Assembly (NCBI GenBank): GCA_051294375.1
Contig: JBJCIZ010000504.1
Span: forward strand, 1 to 6,807
Source: Paraspadella gotoi
Lineage: Eukaryota; Animalia; Chaetognatha
Reading direction: 5' to 3'
DNA length: 6,807 nt
Within the stretch, counting starts at the first letter, position 1. The number at the start of each line of letters is the position of its first letter. The notes under the pieces were generated by a model. The model was not told where the DNA came from. It did not search any database and saw nothing but the letters and a program-made list of their open reading frames with translations. A program made the translations under genes and the position numbers. Shown here one piece after another: positions 1 through 6,807 of the stretch.

Positions 1-652
1 AGAAAAACATCGATACGATCTTATTCGCACAGTAAAACTAAGACTCATTAAATACATAATCGTTTAACATGTCATGTGTCTGAAAAAAATAAGACTAATA
101 GGACTGCCTAAGTTATTATCAGCCGAGACACGTATTGACTTTGCCAGAAGCATTCAGATTTTTTGTTTTGGACGATATTTAAATAAAGTTTCGCCGTTAA
201 GAACCGAGGATGGGAATGAAAAAATAAATCGTCTTGCTCCGAAAAGGATTGGGTCACGAACGTGTTCCCATTTTTGCGCGAAGCGGTCAATCGCTTTTAA
301 AGTGAGATCATTATTTGAGCGAAACGCTAACGGAATTTTTGTTTTCCTTTTATTTTTATCGTCGCTCGGACGTTCATGAGAGTTAAAATAGCGTCGTGAA
401 TTCAAAAATATCTGATTGCGATTGAATCTTTTTTTCGGTTCATTTGAGAAATCCATCGAAATAAAAATATATTTTTGATTAAATGAGATAAGAGGAATGA
501 GAGAGATCAGTAAGGAATGATTGACAATGGTAAGAAGGAAGAATCGATCCGTGTGGTACGAACGTACACGCTGTGATGCACTCGCGTTCCCTGTCTTTTC
601 CTGGCTCCCGCCAACATAACCGTATAAAGTCCAGACTCGATCGTGCGACGGA

Positions 653-861
653 TCTCTCTCTTCTCTCTGTTCTCTTCTCTCTCTCCGCCGAGGCGTTAAT
701 GAAACCTTAATTACCTGCACTGCGACCTTTTTTGACACTCAATCTCGCTCTCAATCCTCTCATTTTCTCCTCTTCACTCTCTCTCTGCCTACTCAGCGAG
801 CTGGAAAGTAATAATGTAGAGAGAAAAGTCTCTTCTTCCTCTTTCTGTCTCACTTCTTCTC
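653..861 (+). repeat. Cluster of imperfect (CT)n/polypyrimidine tracts (about 653-686, 737-786, 829-861)
   Basis: Seen directly, e.g. TCTCTCTCTTCTCTCTGTTCTCTTCTCTCTCTCC at 653-686. Confidence 0.85.
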
Positions 862-1124
862 GCCCAGCCTCCATCGTCGAATCCAATTATTCGAGCCTAC
901 ATGAGCGTTCTTCTTTCGATGCCAATCAGATTGCTCGCCAAGAGGCGCCTAGGTAGTAGTCGCGCTTTATCGAATTTTGGATGTCTTCAGATGTATTAAT
1001 GGCCCATCGATTTCGTGGTAATCGGCCAGGTCTATTATGATCTTCCCAGAGCAGCTACAGACTGACATTCACGCTGCTTCACGGTCGGGCATCGAAAGCT
1101 GGCGGCGTGCCGACCGATTAGCTG

Positions 1125-1227
1125 TTTTTTCTACCTCCTCTCTCTCTACTCTCTTCTCGATCCTCTTCTCTTCTCTTCTCTCATTCCTTCTTTCCTCTCT
1201 CTGCTCATCAATCTCTCTTCTCCTCTC
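1125..1227 (+). repeat. Imperfect CT/CTTCT polypyrimidine tract
   Basis: Seen directly; includes the pentamer run CTCTTCTCTTCTCTTCTC at 1163-1180. Confidence 0.85.
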
Positions 1228-1325
1228 ATAGCCGCGTAGTAGAATCGCCTCTTCTATCTCCTGCTTGCCTCCATTCTACTCATAGTGTGCACATATCCTT
1301 TATACCTCACGTCGTAATATACCCA

Positions 1326-1476
1326 TCCTTTCGTTTTTGCTTCTTTTCCCAATTTTCTTCCCTATGTCTTTTACCCGCTTCTTCTTCTTATCTCTCTCTC
1401 TCTCTCTCTCTCTTCTCTCCTTCTCTCTCTCTCTCTCATCGCTCTCTCATCTTCTCAATCTCTCCTTCTTCTGTCC
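1326..1476 (+). repeat. Polypyrimidine tract containing (TC)11 and (TC)8 microsatellites
   Basis: Perfect (TC)11 at 1391-1412 and (TC)8 at 1422-1437 within pyrimidine-rich flanks. Confidence 0.93.
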
Positions 1477-1823
1477 TGAATTCTTCAAATTAATGGATCC
1501 GCTGTCGTTGCTCGGTCTGCCACTCACCTTATCATCTCTTTAGTATCCTCGATTCTCCAATTTCTAATACGGAAAAAACATGTGGGCACTTCATGGCACG
1601 AAGAGAACGGATTACTCGATATTACCTAGACGAAGACAGCATGAGAAGAGATGGTTATGAAGACGGATGTAAGACTTTTGAACATTAGTAACTTTACCGT
1701 TTCAACTGAAGATGCCAGCAACTTGTCGCGAATATGAACACTTAAAAAGAAAAAAAAATCCAATAGAGGTTACGTGTTGGATCAATTACCTCAAACTGAT
1801 CGAATCTACTGCTCAATCGAGTG

Positions 1824-1833
1824 CCCTCTTCTC

Positions 1834-1866
<33 letters not shown>

Positions 1867-1904
1867 TCTTCTCTCTCTCTTCTCTCGTCTCTCTCTCCCT
1901 CTTT
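1824..1904 (+). repeat. Compound (CT)n microsatellite, 81 nt with a single purine
   Basis: Seen directly; the only purine is G1887. Confidence 0.95.
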
Positions 1905-2131
1905 GTCTCGGCCGGTGTCTCGAAAGTAATAGTGGTACCGGCCAATAAGTCCGAGATGTTGTAGACTGCAGAAAAGATTGATCAAAAAAAGGGAGGGGAA
2001 AAAAATAAAAAACACCTTTTTTAATTCCTCGTTTGGAGTAATTCGAATGGGCATGGGCGCGCCGAAAAGCAGATTTAGAGCGCGAATTCATGCAAAAAAG
2101 ATATCAACCGTCGACGCGTGATACCAATCAA

Positions 2132-2272
2132 CCTCTTTCTTTATCTTTTCTCTCTTTTCACTCTCTGTGATTCTTGATATCGTCTTCACGCCTATGCTCT
2201 CTCCTCTCTCTCTCTCTTCATCATCTACCTCTGCTCAGTCTCTAACCATCTTATCTATTTTCTCTCACTTCT
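2132..2272 (+). repeat. Imperfect CT-rich tract
   Basis: Seen directly; (CT)n core at about 2197-2218. Confidence 0.8.
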
Positions 2273-2341
2273 ACATAGCCAATGACGAGAAATAAGATTA
2301 CACAAAACCGAGGGTACATGGTTTCGTGGACAACGACACAA

Positions 2342-2482
2342 AAAAGGGGAGAACGGGGGAGTAAGACTGAGAGAGAGTTACGTAGCAGAGGAGAGACGAG
2401 TAGCAGAGGAGTAGATGAGAGACGGAGGATGAGGAAGCATGATTAAAGATGGGATTGATGATGAAGATGAATGAGAGAGAGA
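2342..2482 (+). repeat. Purine-rich GA/GAT tract with a local tandem duplication
   Basis: GTAGCAGAGGAG at 2382-2393 and 2400-2411; GAGAGACG at 2391-2398 and 2417-2424; degenerate (GAT)n at 2428-2470. Confidence 0.8.
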
Positions 2483-3214
2483 CCTGCAGTATGAGACAAA
2501 ACCTCCTGATCCTTTCTCCTCTCTCGTCCAATGACTTCGCAGTTCCAAGTTAGAATGTATCAAAGCCTCTATACTCGCCATCATATCGTTTGTCGAGGTT
2601 CTTGTTCGGCCATAAAAGTGAGTCGTCAATTGCGACCGACGACAATTCTTAATCGACCTGAGTTATCGACCGGCCAATCTGTTAAGATTCTTCTGGACCT
2701 CCAGTTTGTGTTCACAAACGCTATTGAAGGGTTGCAAGGTTAATCGCCCTGACGTGGAGAGGGGGGGGCGGTGAGCGTATTGGTAAGGAGCAGTTGCAGT
2801 TGTCTTCTGATGTATCCATAATACGACAATTCGCTTGTCGTCTTTGGTTGGTTGTCTGATATTGCATCTGGTTTGATTTATTTGTCAATTATTTACAACA
2901 TATGTATATTCTTAGGTGTAATAGTTGATTGTTCTTATGTTTTGTGGCATTGTTATATATTATTGTTATTTTGTTTACTTTTCGCTATTTGTTATTCTTC
3001 CACAGTTTTACATTCCCTCCAGTATTTTTTTGCTAGAATTATCCTGTAGTCTCTATCACTTCCGCCGTTTATGACCGGCGGACTCTCTCACTTTCACCTC
3101 AACTCGGATGTTACACGTCGTTTTCGGAAATTCAGATATTCACTATCCACTCCCCAGCAACCCCCTCTCACCAGCTCCCTTTACAAATTCACCTCCTCGA
3201 CGTCCTTTTCATAT

Positions 3215-3270
3215 CCCCCACCCCCTGGCGGGGCCTCACCACCCCGGGCTACCCCGCCGTTCCACCCCCC
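3215..3270 (-). other. Potential G-quadruplex (minus strand) / i-motif (plus strand)
   Basis: Five C-runs of 4-6 nt at 3215-3219, 3221-3225, 3242-3245, 3252-3255 and 3265-3270. Two loops (16 and 9 nt) exceed the strict 7-nt rule. Folding is inferred. Confidence 0.45.
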
Positions 3271-3321
3271 GGCCATCTCGAACATCCGACTTTACGATGT
3301 GGCTGTAGGAGTCACGCTGGT

Positions 3322-3397
3322 TATAAAAACTGAGGGGAATAGATTGCAGGCGAAGGCGGAAACCAGCGGTTGTGCGGGGGCGGGGGGCGGAGGGCGG
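3322..3397 (+). promoter_or_regulatory. TATA-like box followed by three tandem GC boxes (putative)
   Basis: TATAAAAA at 3322-3329; GGGCGG at 3378-3383, 3385-3390 and 3392-3397 (7-nt period). Motif matches only, no transcript evidence. Confidence 0.25.
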
Positions 3398-4102
3398 AGA
3401 TGGACAGTCGTGAAAGAAATGCGTACGTAGAGGGTTTGAGTTTGAGCGGAGGAGAGTTTAAAGGTTGAGAGGGAGGGGAAGGAAGAGGGGAATTCTTGTG
3501 TTACCCGAACGTGAGACGGAGAAAAGACACAAAGGTTCTAAAGTGTTGATATTTTTTGAATTTCGATTAATATTTAATCTTTATATGATTGACCTAAATT
3601 ATCGACCGAATAAAGAACAAAAAAAAAAACGTATCAGCTGAATATAGATATGAATATTATCATGCTTAGACTACTCAACGTAGATCTAAAAGTCACCAGT
3701 TAAATTTGAATCCATCCTTTGAAACTCAGCATTAAGTTCCGTTAAACTTTAAGTTAAAGATAACATGTAAACAATTTCATATATATCCGTGAAAGCGTAA
3801 TGTGAGCGCTCGAAAAAGTGTCGAAGCGGTTCGATCGAAGAAATTCGGCGGGAGAAAAAAAAATAGGAAAGTGGAACAGAAGGAAGGAGGTGAATGTGTG
3901 ATGGGGAAGGCCAGTAACACGTCACAATATGTGAAGGTGAAATGAGGGCTGAAGGATGCGTGGAGATGGCAGATTGTCGATGGGCGCTTGTGCTGGAATG
4001 GCGCAGGGTGGAGTTGGAAGGAGTTAAAGTGTGAGTTGGGATTGCTGGCAAAGCAGATCAAGGGGGGGGGATGACTCGTTAAGGGCGCGTTTCGTATTGT
4101 CA

Positions 4103-4158
4103 GTCGTCGTCGATCGTTCGCTTCGTCGTCGTCTGCGTTACGTCGTCGTCGGTTCGTC
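4103..4158 (+). repeat. Degenerate (TCG)n trinucleotide repeat
   Basis: GTCGTCGTCGATCGTTCGCTTCGTCGTCGTCTGCGTTACGTCGTCGTCGGTTCGTC seen directly. Confidence 0.85.
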
Positions 4159-4243
4159 AGCATCTATTCAAGGGCGGTGAAGTGAAAGAGCAGACAGACT
4201 GCTTGAACTGATTAATTACAAACGAATTCTGAAACTGGATGGC

Positions 4244-4280
4244 TTACGTCTTCATCGTCGGTCGTTCGTCTTGGTCGTCG
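4244..4280 (+). repeat. Second degenerate (TCG)n block
   Basis: TTACGTCTTCATCGTCGGTCGTTCGTCTTGGTCGTCG seen directly. Confidence 0.7.
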
Positions 4281-4384
4281 AGAATTCGGATTATGAGACT
4301 CAACAATACGTGAGGGTTAAATACCACACAGACTGGATTTCTGTAAATGATGTATCAAATTCGTCCATTCCGGCTACTTACCGT

Positions 4385-4437
4385 TCTTCATCTCTCTCTC
4401 TCATCTCCTCAATCAATCATACTCTTTCTCTCTCTCT
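4385..4437 (+). repeat. Imperfect (CT)n tract
   Basis: Two short (TC)n cores at about 4391-4402 and 4427-4437. Confidence 0.75.
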
Positions 4438-4605
4438 GAGGCAGATACATAAATGAGTTGTTACTTTTCCCTCCATGACGTATCTCGACGATACTGTTAT
4501 TGGTCCAGCCGACGATCTCAGCCGCGGACTTACTCAGACAGGCGGAAGTTATAGTCCAGCCTACCTGATCGTCGCTCGTAGTCTATCGCGTGAAGCGAAG
4601 AGGCA

Positions 4606-4660
4606 ATTCTTCCTTCTCTTTTCTCACTCTCCTCCTTACCGCTTTCGCCTCCTTCCTTTC
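4606..4660 (+). repeat. Polypyrimidine low-complexity tract
   Basis: Seen directly (TTCTTCCTTCTCTTTTCTCACTCTCCTCCTT...). Confidence 0.65.
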
Positions 4661-6150
4661 GCGGCCGTCTACTTTCTCGGAATTTCGATGAGTAGAATGA
4701 TTATTCAATTTCTCCAATGAAAAGAATCAAGAATCAATCGCTGTCAAATAGGCTTAGAATGTAAATGAGTAGCATTTAGACATATCTCCAAAAATATAAA
4801 AATACAAAATATGGCATTTTCAGTAGAATGAAAAACATAAATATTTTGCTTTTACAACGAATCTTTAATTTACTTGGCTTAATATATGTTTCGACTTGCA
4901 TAAAAATCAAAGGAGGGGTCGAAACGTTGTCAGTATTACCAACTAATAAATTCAGTTGTTAAAAACAAATTGTTTTCTCTCTCCTACATATTGCAAGAAA
5001 CGCAACGCAATTGATTAATAGTTTATACACATGTCTTAATCCACTCAAATAATAAATGTCCATAATTTTTACTCGTGTTACCGACTGGCATCAAGTGTAC
5101 TAGGATTAGATAGGCTTCTATGGCTAGGTTAATTTTCATACTCAGGTATAATAAATTTTTTTAAAAAATGTTAAATAAAATATTTTAAGGTAGTTTTTCA
5201 AAAAGTTACGCCACAAAACCCCCAGGTCGGCGAAAGGTAAAATATTTTAACAAGTAAATTTAAATCAATTTTCTTCATTAATTTTTAAATGTTTGTCATT
5301 ATTACTTCTACTTATTGGTTCATCACTTCCGTCAGTCTGCGTGTTCAATGCTTATTTTAACCTTATGTCTTTTCGTCTCGGGATTATGCCTGACAAGAAG
5401 TTGAGACGAATCGAAGGTCGCGTTTCAATTTCATCACTGCTCAGCTTATATGCGGCTTAAAAGGATAAACAAAATGTTCCTTTACATAAATGTCTCTACC
5501 AGACCACCTACTCACTTGCATACAGGTTATACATAAATTTTAAAACTCTAGAAAATTAAGTTATTTAACCTGTTTAAGAGTCTATAATAAAGTTATTGCA
5601 GAATATAAGTTCCATCATTACTTACAGATGGCATCATTAAACTAGTTTTTTATGGAAGCATTTATCTTTGCCAGGCAGATAAACATAATTTGTAATGAAA
5701 TTAATGATTAACTTAGAAAAAAAAATGTGCAAATTTTCATAATGCTACTAGAAGATTTTCTCACTGCCGGGCAACCTCGAAAAACGGATAAAACAGAACT
5801 ACCTCTTATGACGCGGACAACCGCGCGATGGCAGGAAATCCATGAACTAATGCCTTTTCACACTTAGTTTTTCTTTGCCAGAGCTTCGATCACGACTTTT
5901 TTTCATTTAAACGTGAAGAGTAATAACGTTTCAATGGATGATATTTTTTTTTAAATCTAAAGGTTTAATTATTTTAACGTCATTACATGCACCGAAAGTT
6001 TGAAGTTTCAAATTTGGACGCAATCGATTGAGAATTTTAATTGCTATAAACGTCATTTAACAAACGCGGTTTCATTATAAAACGAATTCAACTGTTTTAG
6101 ACTACGTGATCGTTGTCTCTACAGTTGGCAAGAAAAATTAATAAATTCCT

Positions 6151-6219
6151 TGACGCCAGTTTCGATCCTGCGACCTTCAACATCGAACCAATTTTCCCGT
6201 GAATCTCTGATTTAAGCTA
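6151..6219 (-). mobile_element. Possible degenerate tRNA-derived sequence (SINE head or tRNA pseudogene fragment)
   Basis: Minus strand reads TAGCTTAAATCAGAG (A-box-like, from 6219) ... GAAGGTCGCAGGATCGAAACTGGC (variable loop/T-arm-like, B-box-like GGATCGAAACT at 6168-6158). I could not build a full cloverleaf. Confidence 0.3.
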
Positions 6220-6282
6220 AAATTAAATGGACTTTCTCCGCGAAATGGGAATCTAGACAAAGGCTGAACAAATCTTTTCTAA

Positions 6283-6415
6283 ATAAAATTCCGATGCACG
6301 ACCGTTTGGATTAACTTTTGACGCTTAACGCGGCTCTATAAAATTCCGATGCACGCATCGATCGTTCAGTCTATCGACGACGTCATTCTTGCTTAAAATT
6401 ACTATGGATGCATTG
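6283..6415 (+). repeat. Spaced direct repeat, 18-bp core on a 55-bp period
   Basis: ATAAAATTCCGATGCACG is exact at 6283-6300 and 6338-6355; TTAAAATTACTATGGATG (13/18 match) at 6393-6410. Confidence 0.85.
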
Positions 6416-6807
6416 GCGCAAGAAAATTGAAAAGATAAACAACTCACGACATTTCGATGAATCGACGATAGCCTTTAAAGTTTCGCTTCAACAATTACCA
6501 TTAAAATTGAAATTATCATAGTGTTGGGAAGCATATTTTACTATATATGCTTTATTCTTTTTTCACTATAAAAAATTAGCTAAAGATTGCATTACCACTT
6601 ATAAAAGAAATTTCTGCAGGTATCTCAAAAATATTCATCCTTCCTCATGAATATTTTTTCAAGTTTTTATTTTAGATGTGATTATTGTAACATTTTTTTT
6701 TCGTGTTCTTTTGCTTGGTTTTGGTGAGGCTTGCCACTTTGGTAAATGACTTAGCAGGAATTTAAAAAAGAAAATAAGAAGATGTTTCACGAATTTATTT
6801 ACAACAT

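Noticed and set aside
8-15. DRE-like CATCGATA and scattered CGATA (BEAF-32-type) motifs
   Set aside because: Imperfect match at the window edge; CGATA words are dispersed, not clustered, in CpG-rich DNA.
154-738. Longest ORF (194 aa, minus strand) and overlapping ORFs 74-379 and 108-290
   Set aside because: The RRREREQREE segment is the translated CT tract, the start codon is non-ATG, the rest runs through AT-rich sequence, and no domain is recognisable.
732-2091. Ser/Leu-rich and Arg/Glu-rich ORFs resembling membrane or coiled-coil peptides
   Set aside because: They are direct translations of (CT)n/(GA)n microsatellites, which lack stop codons.
2823-2850. Rho-independent terminator
   Set aside because: No upstream bacterial gene, a weak stem and an interrupted U-tract; the window does not look prokaryotic.
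3071-3430. 119-aa Pro-rich then Gly-rich ORF
   Set aside because: Composition follows the C-rich to G-rich skew switch; no family motif or supporting gene structure.
3749-4163. Minus-strand ORFs of 100 and 128 aa (RRRR/DDDE, Ser/His/Pro-rich)
   Set aside because: Explained by the (TCG)n repeat and the G-rich block at 3850-4080.
5185-5808. MITE bounded by AGGTAGTT (about 5188-5195) and AACTACCT (5797-5804)
   Set aside because: The exact inverted match is only 8 bp and does not extend cleanly; no convincing target-site duplication.
6283-6410. CRISPR array
   Set aside because: The repeat is only 18 bp, non-palindromic and has two exact copies; there are no cas genes and the context looks eukaryotic. 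Kept only as a spaced repeat.
4376-6447. Isolated minus-strand GTAAGT/GTGAGT donor hexamers (near 4376, 4528, 5510, 5620, 6442)
   Set aside because: A handful of such hexamers is expected by chance in 6.8 kb on two strands, and I found no convincing paired acceptor and exon.
5130-6626. Plus-strand AG|GT ratchet-like sites (CTCAG|GTATAA near 5145, CTGCAG|GTATCT near 6619)
   Set aside because: Weak regenerated donors and short pyrimidine tracts; expected by chance.

Overview
This window reads as non-coding eukaryotic DNA (intron or intergenic). I found no recognisable protein-coding gene, rRNA, intact tRNA, cas gene or transposase. The ORFs in the track are explained by low-complexity sequence: (CT)n gives Ser/Leu runs, (GA)n gives Arg/Glu runs, and C- or G-rich blocks give Pro or Gly runs. 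Abundant CpG (many TCGA/ATCG words), an AT-rich background and dense CT/GA microsatellites suggest an invertebrate, possibly a hymenopteran insect; this is inference only. Layout: ~650-2500 is a mosaic of polypyrimidine/polypurine tracts separated by short TAAT-containing spacers; ~2840-4280 is strongly strand-skewed blocks, including a C-rich to G-rich switch across a TATAAAA; ~4720-6807 is AT-rich with degenerate short repeats and a possible tRNA-derived (SINE-head-like) remnant. The most notable structures are an exact 18-bp repeat on a 55-bp period (6283-6415), a diverged microsatellite-containing module present twice (709-828 and 1784-1976), a co-linear interrupted foldback (2200-2482), and two candidate small exons. 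None is demonstrably a new biological system from sequence alone.
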